A stretch of 64,000 bases of DNA from an uncultured Ohtaekwangia sp. Lineage in GTDB: Bacteria; Bacteroidota; Bacteroidia; Cytophagales; Cyclobacteriaceae. The position numbers and the translations under genes are program-made. The stretch covers positions 3,664-67,663 of the forward strand of contig CAYMPU010000070.1 in the NCBI GenBank assembly GCA_964392375.1, in the 5' to 3' direction. Under the pieces are notes generated by a model, which made no database searches, had not been told where the DNA came from, and worked only from the letters and a program-made list of their open reading frames with translations. Numbering within the stretch: the stretch's first letter is position 1; every line of letters starts with the position of its first letter. Positions 46,162-56,451 of the stretch are shown one piece after another.

Positions 46162-48512
46162 TTTTTCCATCCGATTTTGAACAACGCCTCGGCTTTGATC
46201 AGATCCGCGATCGCCTACTCTCGTCATGCCTTGGTGAGCCCGGAAAAAGGAAGATCCGGGATACCCGGTTCCTGATCGACCCGGACGCTATCCGAAAGCT
46301 GCTGCAGCTCAATCGCGAGGCTCTGGACCTGCTTGATAAGGGCGATGACCTTCCTATCGGTCCCTACGCTGATCCGTCTCCCTGGCTCGACATACTATCA
46401 ACGGAGGGCAGCTATCTCGAAACAGAAGACCTTTTCGCCCTGCTGGCCGCCTTTCAGATGATTGTTGCCGCCAATGCTTTTCTGTCCAAAGACCCTGAAA
46501 CTTATCCTGCATTGTCTGCACTGGCATTGCATGCAAATACGGGAAAGAAGATCGTATCGACATTGCGATCTGCTATCGACGAGGATGGAGGAATCAAAGA
46601 CAATGCTTCGCCCGATCTGGCCCGTGTGCGAAAGCGTTTGAGGGAAGAGGAATTAAAAGCAAGGCGGGTAGCCGACCACATTATGCGAGTGGCACTTGAC
46701 AAAGGGTGGAGTCCTGAAGGATCCAACCCAACCATTCGCGATGGCCGGTTGGTCATTCCCTTATTGGCTGAGCACAAGAGGAAAATCAAAGGCTATCTTG
46801 TTGATCAGTCATCAACGGGTCAGACGGTATTTCTCGAGCCTGCCGATGTCTTGGAAGCCAACAATGATCTTCGGGATCTGGTGCTGGAGGAACGCAAGGA
46901 GATTGTTCGTATTCTGCGCGACCTTACCGCTTTCTTGCATGGGAACCTGGACGAAGTGCAGGCTGGCTACGAACTGCTTGCTTCTCTCGATGTTCACCGG
47001 GCCAAAGCTCGCTTGTCGCGCGACCTGAATGCCGTGATGCCGTCACTGATTGCAAAACCAATCCTTCGCTGGACCAACGCTCGACATCCATTGCTGTTCA
47101 TTACCCTGCGGAACAAACGACCACTTGTACCGCTGACGATTTCCTTAACTGAACAAGACCGTTTTCTGCTAGTCTCCGGTCCGAATGCGGGTGGGAAGTC
47201 CGTTTGCCTTAAGACTGTCGGATTGATTCAGTATATGGCCCAATGTGGAATGTTGGTACCCATGAATGAGGATTCTGAAGTCGGCGTCTTTGACTCCATG
47301 TTCCTCGACATTGGTGATCAGCAGTCCATTGAAAGTGATCTTAGTACGTACAGCTCACACTTGAGTAATATGGCTGTCTTCCTTCGCGATGGCAATTCAC
47401 GCTCGCTGATGCTTATGGATGAATTGGGTTCTGGCACAGATCCAAATTTCGGCGGTGGCATAGCTCAGGCGGTTTTGGAACAGCTCTTGATCAAAGGTTC
47501 ATGGGGCCTTGCTACTACCCATTACTACAATCTGAAGGTATTCGCCAGTCATACGCAAGGAATCCGTAACGCGTCGATGCAGTTTGATACGGACAAATTG
47601 GCGCCCATGTATCAGTTGGAGATTGGACAGCCGGGAAGCTCTTTTGCGCTGGAGATCGCCGGCAAAACGGGCCTCCCGAAGGAAACGCTACATGCTGCCG
47701 GACGAATCATCGGCACAGAACTCATCGGACTGGAGAGGCTGATGAAGCAGGTGGCGGAAGACAAAGTACGGTTGTCAGAACGCGAGAAGGAAGTGATGGC
47801 ACGGGAGCGGGAAGTTTCATCATCGCGTCACCAGTATGAAGCGTTGAAAGACAAGCTTGAATCCCAGAAAAAGGAGATCATCCATCGGGCAAAGGCTGAG
47901 GCAACCACCTTGCTTCAGGAAACGAACAGAGAAATTGAGAAGACCATCCGCCATATCCGCGAGAACAAGGCCGAACGGCATGAGACCCGCAAGGTAAGAG
48001 AGGGACTCAAGGAACTTCAGAAGAAGGTGAAGCCTGTACAGACGTCAGTTCCGACAAAACCAGCTGGGCCCTTAAAAGAGGGTGACAAGGTGCGCATGAT
48101 CGGTGGCGAGGTAACCGGCACCGTGCTCAGTCTAAAGGGCAAGGCGGCTATGGTGCAGTTCGGCGATTTGCGCTCGACCGTGAAAATAGAACGTCTCATT
48201 CGCAGTGACCAGGCAGACACGCAACCAACCCGACGGAGTTCCTCTGGTGTTTCAATGCGCGCTTCATCATTTTCACCGCAACTCGACGTCAGGGGTATGC
48301 GGGTGGATGAACTCATCCCCGTGCTGACCCGGTTTATGGATGACGCGATGCAGTTTGGTGTTGCCGAGGTAAGTATTCTGCATGGCAAAGGTGAGGGTGT
48401 ACTCCGCAAGGTATCCCGCGACTACCTGAAAAGCCTCAAGCAGGTTGCTGGCTTCCGTGATGAGCACGCCGATCGTGGTGGTGATGGTATCACACTGATA
48501 ACCTTAAAATAG
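46158..48512 (+). CDS. mutS2: Endonuclease MutS2
   Basis: 'ARHPLL', Walker A 'GPNAGGKS', 'DIGDQQSIE.DLSTYSSH', 'DELGSGTDP', and Smr 'LDVRG...HGKGEG'. Confidence 0.94.
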   Translation: MIFPSDFEQRLGFDQIRDRLLSSCLGEPGKRKIRDTRFLIDPDAIRKLLQLNREALDLLDKGDDLPIGPYADPSPWLDILSTEGSYLETEDLFALLAAFQMIVAANAFLSKDPETYPALSALALHANTGKKIVSTLRSAIDEDGGIKDNASPDLARVRKRLREEELKARRVADHIMRVALDKGWSPEGSNPTIRDGRLVIPLLAEHKRKIKGYLVDQSSTGQTVFLEPADVLEANNDLRDLVLEERKEIVRILRDLTAFLHGNLDEVQAGYELLASLDVHRAKARLSRDLNAVMPSLIAKPILRWTNARHPLLFITLRNKRPLVPLTISLTEQDRFLLVSGPNAGGKSVCLKTVGLIQYMAQCGMLVPMNEDSEVGVFDSMFLDIGDQQSIESDLSTYSSHLSNMAVFLRDGNSRSLMLMDELGSGTDPNFGGGIAQAVLEQLLIKGSWGLATTHYYNLKVFASHTQGIRNASMQFDTDKLAPMYQLEIGQPGSSFALEIAGKTGLPKETLHAAGRIIGTELIGLERLMKQVAEDKVRLSEREKEVMAREREVSSSRHQYEALKDKLESQKKEIIHRAKAEATTLLQETNREIEKTIRHIRENKAERHETRKVREGLKELQKKVKPVQTSVPTKPAGPLKEGDKVRMIGGEVTGTVLSLKGKAAMVQFGDLRSTVKIERLIRSDQADTQPTRRSSSGVSMRASSFSPQLDVRGMRVDELIPVLTRFMDDAMQFGVAEVSILHGKGEGVLRKVSRDYLKSLKQVAGFRDEHADRGGDGITLITLK

Positions 48513-48521
48513 GTCTAAAAC

Positions 48522-48550
48522 AAAAAACCCCGTTGCCGGGGTCTTTCTTT
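48522..48550. terminator. Bidirectional rho-independent terminator
   Basis: A-tract, ACCCCG-TTGC-CGGGGT hairpin, then CTTTCTTT; between convergent genes. Confidence 0.8.
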
Positions 48551-48564
48551 AATCTTGCTGGGTA

Positions 48565-49086
48565 TTAAAGACCGAAGGTGAAGCTCCAGTTACCATTGAC
48601 GTTGGTTGTCTTGCCGGTGTACCCGGTACACGTGGGGCAGTCATAGGTAAAGGTCAGTTGCAATTGTGTCGCGCTTACAGAGTAGGTTACCGGAATGGTT
48701 ACACCACTTCCATCGTTGCGGATAATGACGGTGGCAAAGTCAGTACCGAAGGTGAATGTGCCCGAAGCCGGCCAGGGAGTCACAACACCTGCGGGCCTTC
48801 CCGTTACTGTATAGTTGAAGGTACTTTGACCGGGTGTTCCTGACATCGTAATTTGGAAATTTCCGGCAGGGGTTCCTGAAGGCGTGTAGCCACCTACAGG
48901 AGTAGAGTTGAACGTAACGGCCGTAGCCTTCCATGTCTGCGAAAGCTTTGTGAGCTGCTCATCCTGCGGGTTAGCCGCAGGCGCAGGATCACCTCCACAC
49001 TGCCAAAAGGAAACCGACGCTCCCAGGAGGGCCAGTACGATCAAAAACTTTGTTCTTTTCATCATTATCGTAGTTAGTTCAAACAT
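48565..49086 (-). CDS. Lipoprotein, lipocalin-like beta-barrel
   Basis: Signal ending in Cys ('FWQCGG'), 'TWK' strand, 'GTFTF', 'GNWSFTF'; exact start uncertain. Confidence 0.6.
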   Translation of the reverse strand: MFELTTIMMKRTKFLIVLALLGASVSFWQCGGDPAPAANPQDEQLTKLSQTWKATAVTFNSTPVGGYTPSGTPAGNFQITMSGTPGQSTFNYTVTGRPAGVVTPWPASGTFTFGTDFATVIIRNDGSGVTIPVTYSVSATQLQLTFTYDCPTCTGYTGKTTNVNGNWSFTFGL

Positions 49087-49161
49087 ACTAAAATCGCTCT
49101 TATTTTGAATGTCACGGCTTCCAAAAAACTCAGGAACTGGCTTTTTAATGGGCCCAGCAGT

Positions 49162-49788
49162 TCATTTGTAACCCGCCTTGTAGTCGGCCAAGTTGATTTT
49201 TGCGGCATTGGATGGGTATTCGTCCTCGTGGTTGGACCCAATAAATACCACGGTTTCCGGGGGGATTTGATCAAAATGACGCCAATACCAGGCTATGGAA
49301 CTTTTGTCCAGGTTGGTGGTAGGCTCATCGAGAAACAGGATTTTGACGTCTGAAAAGAGTGCCAAACCGAGCTTCAGCCTTTGCTTCATTCCGGAAGAAA
49401 AGTGACCCACCTGCTTATCACGGGCGTGCGTCAGTTCGAAGATATCCATAAGCTCGACTGGTGTCTTGTTACCACGCACCTTCTTGAATCGAAAGTGAAA
49501 GCGTAGGATTTCAGCCAGGGTCAGCTCTTCAATCAGGTCGATGTAAGGAGCCGCGATGCTCAGGTGCTGGTAAATCTCTTCTGATGGAATCTCTAGTGTT
49601 CCATGGCTGTACCGCAGGTTCCCGGAGGTCGCTGGAAGCTGGCCCCAAAGAACCTGGAGCAGGGTGGATTTGCCTGAACCATTGGGTCCGGTTATGGCAT
49701 GGATGCCAGCAGAAAAGGTGTAATCGAAGTCTCTGAAAATCCATTCGCGATTGAATCGCTTGCAGAGGTTTTCAGCAGTGATGGTCAT
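49162..49788 (-). CDS. ABC transporter ATP-binding protein
   Basis: 'GPNGSGKST', 'FSSGMKQR', 'LDEPT'. Confidence 0.9.
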   Translation of the reverse strand: MTITAENLCKRFNREWIFRDFDYTFSAGIHAITGPNGSGKSTLLQVLWGQLPATSGNLRYSHGTLEIPSEEIYQHLSIAAPYIDLIEELTLAEILRFHFRFKKVRGNKTPVELMDIFELTHARDKQVGHFSSGMKQRLKLGLALFSDVKILFLDEPTTNLDKSSIAWYWRHFDQIPPETVVFIGSNHEDEYPSNAAKINLADYKAGYK

Positions 49789-50585
49789 TCAAAGGATGCG
49801 AGGCTGGTGGAGAATCCCTTCATGACGCCACGCTCGGAACTGCGGATGAAGTTTACGATGTAGTCACGCTCAGGACTGGCCGGTAGATCCTTCTCGACAG
49901 CATCAAGCGCTTTGCTGTTATTGAGTCCTTTCAGAAAAATATAGCGATAGATTTCCTGAATCTCGTTGATTTTATCGGCGGCAAAACCACGTCGACGAAG
50001 TCCAACGCTGTTCACGCCGGCATAGGTCAGGGGCTCTCGGGCTGCCTTGGTATAGGGGGGAACATCTTTACGCACTAAGGATCCTCCGGAGAGCATCACG
50101 TGCGCGCCTACTTTTACAAATTGGTGAAGCGCGCTTGCGCCGCCAATGATGGCCCAATCTTCAATGACGACGTGACCGGCAACCTGTACCGCATTGGCAA
50201 ATATGCAGTTGTTGCCAATGATACAGTCGTGAGCAATGTGAACATACGCCATGAGCAGGCAATTCTTTCCGATGACGGTCTTGTGCTTGTCAGCCGTGCC
50301 GCGGCTGATGGTCACGCTTTCGCGGATGACCGTATTGTCACCGATAAACGTTTCTGTCTTTTCGCCGGCAAACTTGAGGTCCTGAGGTACCGATGAGACC
50401 GATGCGCCGGGGTAAACTTTTACATTTTTGCCGAGGCGAGCGCCTTCGCAGATCACCGCATTCGGTCCGATCCATGAGCCGTCGCCGATGACGACATCTT
50501 TTTGAATGGTTGCAAAAGGTTCAATGACAACGTTGTTGCCAATGACTGCTTCAGGATGTACGTTGGCTAAGGGATGGTAACTCAT
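49785..50585 (-). CDS. lpxA: Acyl-ACP--UDP-GlcNAc O-acyltransferase
   Basis: Hexapeptide repeats, 'PQDLKF', 'HIAHDC', 'HQF', 'GLRRRGF'. Confidence 0.96.
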   Translation of the reverse strand: MSYHPLANVHPEAVIGNNVVIEPFATIQKDVVIGDGSWIGPNAVICEGARLGKNVKVYPGASVSSVPQDLKFAGEKTETFIGDNTVIRESVTISRGTADKHKTVIGKNCLLMAYVHIAHDCIIGNNCIFANAVQVAGHVVIEDWAIIGGASALHQFVKVGAHVMLSGGSLVRKDVPPYTKAAREPLTYAGVNSVGLRRRGFAADKINEIQEIYRYIFLKGLNNSKALDAVEKDLPASPERDYIVNFIRSSERGVMKGFSTSLASFE

Positions 50586-51979
50586 GTATCTTTTCTGACA
50601 ATGCTGGCGGTCATCGTGCCTTCACAAACGAGTGTGTTTCCAACATACCCGCGTCCATACATTTTGGCAATACCCCGTTTAATCGGCGCGAGCAGATCAC
50701 ACTGTATCACCAGCGTATCCCCAGGGAGTACCATTTTGCGGAAACGGAAGTCGTCGATGCCAAGGAAGTACGTCCAGTAGTTCTCCGGATCGGGCACCGT
50801 GTTAAGCACCAGGATGCCTCCGATCTGGGCCATGGCCTCCACTTGCAATACACCAGGCATGACCGGGTTGCCGGGAAAATGACCAGCGAAAAAGTTTTCG
50901 TTCATCGTCACGTTCTTTACGCCCGCGACAGTCTCCTTATCAAGGTAAATAATCTTATCGATCAGCAGGAATGGATACCGGTGTGGCAGTGTCTGCGTGA
51001 TCTTGTTGATGTCCATCACCGGGGGGAGAGCCGGGTTGTAGCGCGGCACGCCCTTCTTATCCGATTCGGCCATCGCTTTCTTGAGCTTCTTGGCAAAGGC
51101 TACGTTAGCAGCGTGGCCCGGACGCGCGGCCAGGATCTGTGCCTTCAGCGGTCTGCCGGCAAGCGCGAGGTCGCCAACGATGTCAAGCAGCTTGTGCCGG
51201 GCAGGTTCGTTATTATAGCGGAGCTCAATATTATTCAGGATGCCTTCTTTCTTCACCTCAACGGTTGGCTTCCCCAGCATACGGGCAATGTTGTCAAGCT
51301 CACTGGGCTCCACAACCCGGTCGACGATCACAATAGCATTGTTCAAATCGCCGCCCTTAATCAGGTTGTTTTTGTATAGCATCTCCAGTTCATGGAGGAA
51401 GCAAAAGGTCCGGCAGGAGGCGATCTCCTTTTCGAATTGCTGAATGTTGGTGATCGAGGCGTGCTGGCTGCCCAGAACAGGGGAATTGTAGTCGATCATC
51501 ACCGTCACACGGTAATCATCGAGAGGTAAGGCGGCGATTTCTACGTGCCGTGCACTCTCACGGTAGAAGATGCTATCCTGAACTTCGAAAAAGTCGCGAA
51601 GTGCATTCTGCTCCTCGGTGCCAGCTTCTTTAAGAACCTGGACAAATTGGATTGAACTGCCATCCATGATGGGTGCCTCGGGGCCGTCGATCTGGATGAG
51701 AACGTTATCAATTTCAAGGCCCACGAGAGCTGCGAGCGTATGCTCAATGGTGCTCACCCGTGCGCCGCTTTGTTCGATGGTTGTCCCGCGGGAGACATCA
51801 ACAACACGGTCGCAGTCGGCATCGATGATGGGTGAACCAGGAAGGTCCACACGCTGGAACTTGAGGCCGTGGTTGGGTTTTGCCGGCAAAAACGTCACGG
51901 TGGTCTGCACTCCGGTGTGGAGGCCTACTCCGGAGATGGTTACCGACTTCTGAATGGTCCTTTGCTTGTGATTAAGCAT
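50582..51979 (-). CDS. lpxC: Bifunctional LpxC deacetylase / FabZ dehydratase
   Basis: LpxC 'GVGLHTG', 'TIEH', 'RHKLLD..GDL' fused to FabZ 'LPHRYPFLL', 'GHFPGNPVMPGVL.VEAMAQ'. Confidence 0.96.
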   Translation of the reverse strand: MLNHKQRTIQKSVTISGVGLHTGVQTTVTFLPAKPNHGLKFQRVDLPGSPIIDADCDRVVDVSRGTTIEQSGARVSTIEHTLAALVGLEIDNVLIQIDGPEAPIMDGSSIQFVQVLKEAGTEEQNALRDFFEVQDSIFYRESARHVEIAALPLDDYRVTVMIDYNSPVLGSQHASITNIQQFEKEIASCRTFCFLHELEMLYKNNLIKGGDLNNAIVIVDRVVEPSELDNIARMLGKPTVEVKKEGILNNIELRYNNEPARHKLLDIVGDLALAGRPLKAQILAARPGHAANVAFAKKLKKAMAESDKKGVPRYNPALPPVMDINKITQTLPHRYPFLLIDKIIYLDKETVAGVKNVTMNENFFAGHFPGNPVMPGVLQVEAMAQIGGILVLNTVPDPENYWTYFLGIDDFRFRKMVLPGDTLVIQCDLLAPIKRGIAKMYGRGYVGNTLVCEGTMTASIVRKDT

Positions 51980-51996
51980 GCGTCAAAATAGGGACG

Positions 51997-52004
51997 CAAA
52001 TTTA
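51997..52004 (-). promoter_or_regulatory. Internal -7 element upstream of lpxC-fabZ
   Basis: Minus strand TAAATTTG(C), 17 bp upstream of the ATG. Confidence 0.55.
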
Positions 52005-52045
52005 AGAGGATCAGGGCACTATGCCAAAAAGGGGGATGCCAGGGG

Positions 52046-53122
52046 TTAATTCTGCCCATTCTTGGGCGTTTCAACCGTATGCGGGCTTTGATCAGCGATT
52101 TTCTTTTCAAGATCGCGTAACCGATAATTGAGGTCGGGCAGTTTCTTAAAGACAGCGTAGGAGCGGAAATAGTCCTTGATATCAATGGCGGGATATCCCA
52201 ACAGCCGTTGACCTTCCCCCTCGATAGATTTGGAGACTCCCGACTGTGCGCCCAAGCTGGTCTGATTGGCGATGACCAAATGTCCTGCAATGCCCACCTG
52301 ACCGGCAATCATGCAGTTGTCACCAACCTTTGATGAACCTGATATACCTGCCTGTGCAGCAATGACGGTATTCTTGCCTATTTCAACGTTGTGAGCAATC
52401 TGGATAAGGTTGTCCATCTTCACACCCTGCCGGATGATTGTTGAATCGCCCTGCAATGTGGCGCAGTCAATGACGGTGTTGGCGCCAATCGTAACATCGT
52501 CTTCGATGATGACATTGCCCATTTGTGGGATTGACTTGTAGGATCCATCTTCCTGAGGAGCAAAGCCGAAACCATCGGAGCCGATGACCGTTCCGGCATG
52601 GATAACACAATTGTTGCCGATACGCGTGCCGGAATAGATCTTGACATTTGGATGCAGGATCACATTGTTTCCGATCGTCACATCATCACCGATGAATACC
52701 TGAGGATAGATTTTGACGTTGTTGCCGATGACGGAGCGGCTGCCTACATAGGAGAATGCTCCGCGGTAACCGTCATTGCCCATCGTTGCGGTATCACTGA
52801 AGTAACTGGGTTGCTCAATGCCATTCTTCTGGAAGCTGATCATCTTGTGATATTGCTCCATGAGCACCGTAAAGCTTGAGTAAGGATCCTCGACCAGAAT
52901 CAGGGCAGCATGAATTTCCTTCTTCGGTTGAAAATCCTTGTGCACAATAACGGCGCTCGCCTGGGTCGTGTACATGTATTGTTCGTACTTCGGATTGGCA
53001 AGAAAGGCGATTTGTCCCGGCTGCGCATCCTGAATTTTCGCCAACATACTGATCTTTTGATTCCCGTCGCCGCGAACCACTCCCTGCAAGATGTGGGCGA
53101 TTTGGTTAAGCGTAAATTCCAT
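52046..53122 (-). CDS. lpxD: UDP-3-O-acylglucosamine N-acyltransferase
   Basis: 'FLANPKY', 'IGSDGFGF', 'GANTVID', 'DNLIQIAHNV', 'GQVGIAGH'. Confidence 0.96.
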   Translation of the reverse strand: MEFTLNQIAHILQGVVRGDGNQKISMLAKIQDAQPGQIAFLANPKYEQYMYTTQASAVIVHKDFQPKKEIHAALILVEDPYSSFTVLMEQYHKMISFQKNGIEQPSYFSDTATMGNDGYRGAFSYVGSRSVIGNNVKIYPQVFIGDDVTIGNNVILHPNVKIYSGTRIGNNCVIHAGTVIGSDGFGFAPQEDGSYKSIPQMGNVIIEDDVTIGANTVIDCATLQGDSTIIRQGVKMDNLIQIAHNVEIGKNTVIAAQAGISGSSKVGDNCMIAGQVGIAGHLVIANQTSLGAQSGVSKSIEGEGQRLLGYPAIDIKDYFRSYAVFKKLPDLNYRLRDLEKKIADQSPHTVETPKNGQN

Positions 53123-53165
53123 AGCGGTCAGATACAGATGGGGTCGTAAACACTTTGCGGGGCTA

Positions 53166-54395
53166 TTACAAAGATAGTTTTTTGGGCCAGCATAGATAGT
53201 TTTTTTTCACGATTTTACCCATGGCCTTGATGTTGGGGAGATCGGTTGCCTGAGAGACATCCAGGAGCGCTCCGGACTTCATGAGCACCTGAATGGAGTT
53301 TCGCTCAAGCAAGTAGGCCTCATTGGAAACCGTTCCGTATGAAAAGAGATATACCGCATCTCCCTTTGTGATCTTCCATTCCTTGTGGATCGCCAACCGC
53401 ACTTTTTCCACATCTGTTTTTTGAATGGCCTCGGTGGACAGCCTGATGCGAAACAGGTTTCGGTTCAGCAGCATCGTACAGAGGAGTGACAGGATGGGGT
53501 CGCGACTCGACTGCCACAATTTGATTGCACCCCACACGTCGTAGTCATCCAGTTTTCCAAACGCATGGAGTAGTTCCTTGTTTTCGGAGAAATCATCCAG
53601 CGTGTAGGTGTGATGAAGGAGCAGCGAAAGCGAATCGCTGCACGGTATCGTCTCTCCGGAGCGTACAAGATACTGTGCCCGTTTGATGAGGTTGACCAGC
53701 AGCCGCTCGGCGCCAACAGCCGTCTTGTGTAGATACACCTGCCAATACATCAGTCGCCGCGAGTTGAGAAAGCTTTCGATGTTGTAGATGCCCTTTTCTT
53801 CAACAACGAGCTGACCTTTCACAACATTCAGCATAGCGATGATACGGTCGGTGCCAATAGCACCTTCCACCACACCCGTAAAAAAACTGTCGCGGTTAAG
53901 GTAATCCAGTCGGTCGACATCGAGCTGCGAACTGACGAGTTGATGTAGAAACTTTTTAGGATGCGTGTTTTGAAAAATCCGGATCGCCAGATCGAGTTTG
54001 CCTCCAAACTGCCGGTTGAGTTCTTTCATCAGAAGGAATGAAAGACTTTCGTGCCGGATATGGGGTAGCAGTGTCTCTTCCAGCGCATGCGAAAAGGGTC
54101 CGTGACCAATGTCGTGAAGGAGGATGGCAATCTGAGCCGCTTCCATTTCAGCTTCCGTGATCTCGATACCTTTTGTGCGCAGGATGTCGAGGGCCTGCTT
54201 CATCAGGTGTGTAGCTCCCAGGGCATGGTGAAACCGTGTGTGAATGGCACCCGGATACACAAGCTCCGCCAAACCCAGTTGACGGATGTGACGCATACGC
54301 TGGAGAAACGGATGTTCAATCAGTGCAAAGACGATATCACTGGAGACGGGTATAAACCCGTATACGGGATCGTTTATGATCTTATTCTTGTTCAA
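53166..54395 (-). CDS. HD-domain phosphohydrolase (SAMHD1/YwfO-like)
   Basis: 'DPVYGFI', 'QRMRHIRQLG', 'HTRFHH', 'LLHDIGHGPFSH', 'DVDRLDY'; TTG start. Confidence 0.9.
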   Translation of the reverse strand: MNKNKIINDPVYGFIPVSSDIVFALIEHPFLQRMRHIRQLGLAELVYPGAIHTRFHHALGATHLMKQALDILRTKGIEITEAEMEAAQIAILLHDIGHGPFSHALEETLLPHIRHESLSFLLMKELNRQFGGKLDLAIRIFQNTHPKKFLHQLVSSQLDVDRLDYLNRDSFFTGVVEGAIGTDRIIAMLNVVKGQLVVEEKGIYNIESFLNSRRLMYWQVYLHKTAVGAERLLVNLIKRAQYLVRSGETIPCSDSLSLLLHHTYTLDDFSENKELLHAFGKLDDYDVWGAIKLWQSSRDPILSLLCTMLLNRNLFRIRLSTEAIQKTDVEKVRLAIHKEWKITKGDAVYLFSYGTVSNEAYLLERNSIQVLMKSGALLDVSQATDLPNIKAMGKIVKKNYLCWPKKLSL

Positions 54396-54458
54396 TGGGC
54401 ATCTCGGATAGGTGTCGGACCGATTCCGGGTTTATCGTTAACTTGTAGAAAAACGTGC

Positions 54459-56015
54459 ATGCAAAGATATTCGATTTTGTGGGCTGATGATGAGATTGAT
54501 CTGCTGAAACCCCACATCCTGTTTCTCCAGCAACGGGGTTATGATATCACCCCGGTCAACAATGGCGCGGAAGCGGTGGAATTGAGTGAATCCAGGAACT
54601 TTGACGTGGTCTTCCTGGATGAACACATGCCGGGCATGTCGGGACTGGAGGCCCTTGGTCATATCAAGACAGCCAAGCCCAACGTGCCTGTGGTGATGAT
54701 CACCAAGAACGAAGAGGAGCAGATCATGGAAGAGGCCATTGGGTCAAGGATCGACGACTACCTCATCAAACCCATCAACCCAAGTCAGATTCTACTTTCT
54801 GTAAAAAAGATCCTCGACAAGAAGACGCTCGTCAGCGAGAAAACAACATCCAGCTACCAGCAGGAATTCCAGCGGATCAGCATGGCTTTTCTCGATGACC
54901 TGAGTCACGATGCGTGGGCTGATTTGTACAAAAAGCTCGTTTATTGGGAATTGGAAATTGGTCAGTCAGATGCCAGCATGGTGGAGGTACTTGAATCGCA
55001 GAAAGTAGAAGCCAACTTGAACTTCTGCCGGTTTGTGAAAAAGAATTACGAAAGTTGGCTGAATGACCCCAACAGCAAGAAGCCGCTCATGTCGCACCAG
55101 CTTCTAAAGCGCAAAGTGTTTCCCGAGGTGAATGCGAATCGCCCCACCTTTCTCATCGTCATCGACAATCTTCGATACGATCAATGGAAGTCTATCGAAC
55201 CGGAACTCCTGGACTATTTCACCATTGACAAGGAAGACACGTATTACTCCATCCTTCCAACGACTACCGCGTACGCCCGCAACGCAATCTTTTCGGGGAT
55301 GCTGCCATCCGAAATGGCCAAAGTTCACCCCGACCTTTGGGTGGGTGAAGATACGGATGATGGAAAGAATAATTTCGAGGATGAATTCCTTGCCCGCCAG
55401 ATCAAGCGAAACAACCTAACATTCAAGAGCTCCTATCATAAGATCAAACGCCTGGAAGAAGGACGTGATCTTGTAGATACCGTCAGCAACTTGTTTGGCA
55501 ATGAACTGAATGTCATCGTCTACAACTTTGTGGATATGCTTTCGCACGCCCGTACCGATATGGCCATGGTGCGCGAGCTGGCCCCCGATGAAGCGGCATA
55601 TCGGTCAATTACAAAGTCGTGGTTTGTGCATTCACCCTTGCTAGAGATTCTGCGCAAGATTTCTGAGCATAAGGCCCGTGTGGTAATTACAACAGACCAT
55701 GGCACCATCAGGGTCAAGAAGCCATTCAAGATTATCGGTGACCGGAATGTGAACGCGAACCTTCGGTATAAGCAGGGGAAGAACCTGGGCTACGAAGGTG
55801 ACAAGATACTCATAGCCGCCAAACCCGAGCGATTCTTCCTTCCCAAGGGAAATGTGTCGACATCGTATGTATTTGCCATTGAGGATCAGTTCTTCGCCTA
55901 CCCAAACAACTACAATTATTACGTGGGTATGTACAAGGACACGTTTCAGCATGGCGGGGTGAGTATGGAGGAGATGATCATTCCACTAATTTTCTTAACT
56001 TCGAAAAATGCCTAG
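54459..56015 (+). CDS. porX: T9SS response regulator PorX (REC + PglZ/alkaline-phosphatase-like)
   Basis: 'ILWADDEIDLLKPH', 'FLDEHMPG', 'IDNLRYDQW', 'ILPT.T.YARNAIFSG', 'YNFVDMLSH', 'TTDHG', 'QHGGVSMEEM'. Start ATG 54459. Confidence 0.92.
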   Translation: MQRYSILWADDEIDLLKPHILFLQQRGYDITPVNNGAEAVELSESRNFDVVFLDEHMPGMSGLEALGHIKTAKPNVPVVMITKNEEEQIMEEAIGSRIDDYLIKPINPSQILLSVKKILDKKTLVSEKTTSSYQQEFQRISMAFLDDLSHDAWADLYKKLVYWELEIGQSDASMVEVLESQKVEANLNFCRFVKKNYESWLNDPNSKKPLMSHQLLKRKVFPEVNANRPTFLIVIDNLRYDQWKSIEPELLDYFTIDKEDTYYSILPTTTAYARNAIFSGMLPSEMAKVHPDLWVGEDTDDGKNNFEDEFLARQIKRNNLTFKSSYHKIKRLEEGRDLVDTVSNLFGNELNVIVYNFVDMLSHARTDMAMVRELAPDEAAYRSITKSWFVHSPLLEILRKISEHKARVVITTDHGTIRVKKPFKIIGDRNVNANLRYKQGKNLGYEGDKILIAAKPERFFLPKGNVSTSYVFAIEDQFFAYPNNYNYYVGMYKDTFQHGGVSMEEMIIPLIFLTSKNA

Positions 56016-56451
56016 TGGTTGGAGATTGACCTCCCTCGGGTCGGAGGTCTTGCAGGCCGGACTGGAGCCGGTGGCCGACGAGCTTCTTGAGCATTCAGAA
56101 AACAAGAAAATCTGGCTTTTTTTTGGTGAGATGGGCTCCGGAAAGACAACGTTGATTAAGACCATTGCCCGGCGCCTCGGCGTACAGGAGACCATGAGCA
56201 GTCCTACCTTTTCCATTGTCAATGAATATGCCTCCCGCACAGGCGAAAAGGTATACCACGTTGATTTGTATCGTCTCAAGAGCGAACAGGAGATTGTGGA
56301 TATCGGAATGGAAGACTATTTCAGTTCAGGTGCGTATTGTTTTGTGGAATGGCCAGAGAAACTGGGTCGATGGATGCACGCGGAGGTTATGCAGGTGCGT
56401 ATAACCCCTACGGACAAACTTCACCGGAAAATTGAGTATCAAACAGCATGA
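56008..56451 (+). CDS. tsaE: tRNA t6A biosynthesis ATPase TsaE
   Basis: 'GEMGSGKTT', 'SSPTFSIVNEY', 'HVDLYR', 'VEWP'. Confidence 0.93.
   Translation: MPSGWRLTSLGSEVLQAGLEPVADELLEHSENKKIWLFFGEMGSGKTTLIKTIARRLGVQETMSSPTFSIVNEYASRTGEKVYHVDLYRLKSEQEIVDIGMEDYFSSGAYCFVEWPEKLGRWMHAEVMQVRITPTDKLHRKIEYQTA

Noticed and set aside
50582-51979. LpxC-FabZ fusion as a novelty
   Set aside because: This fusion is well known and standard in Bacteroidota.
54087-54458. Upstream extensions given by the ORF track for porX (similarly paaA, mobA, yggS, GH146, DUF6265, rsmF-like)
   Set aside because: They overlap neighbouring genes or promoters, and family similarity begins at the downstream starts.
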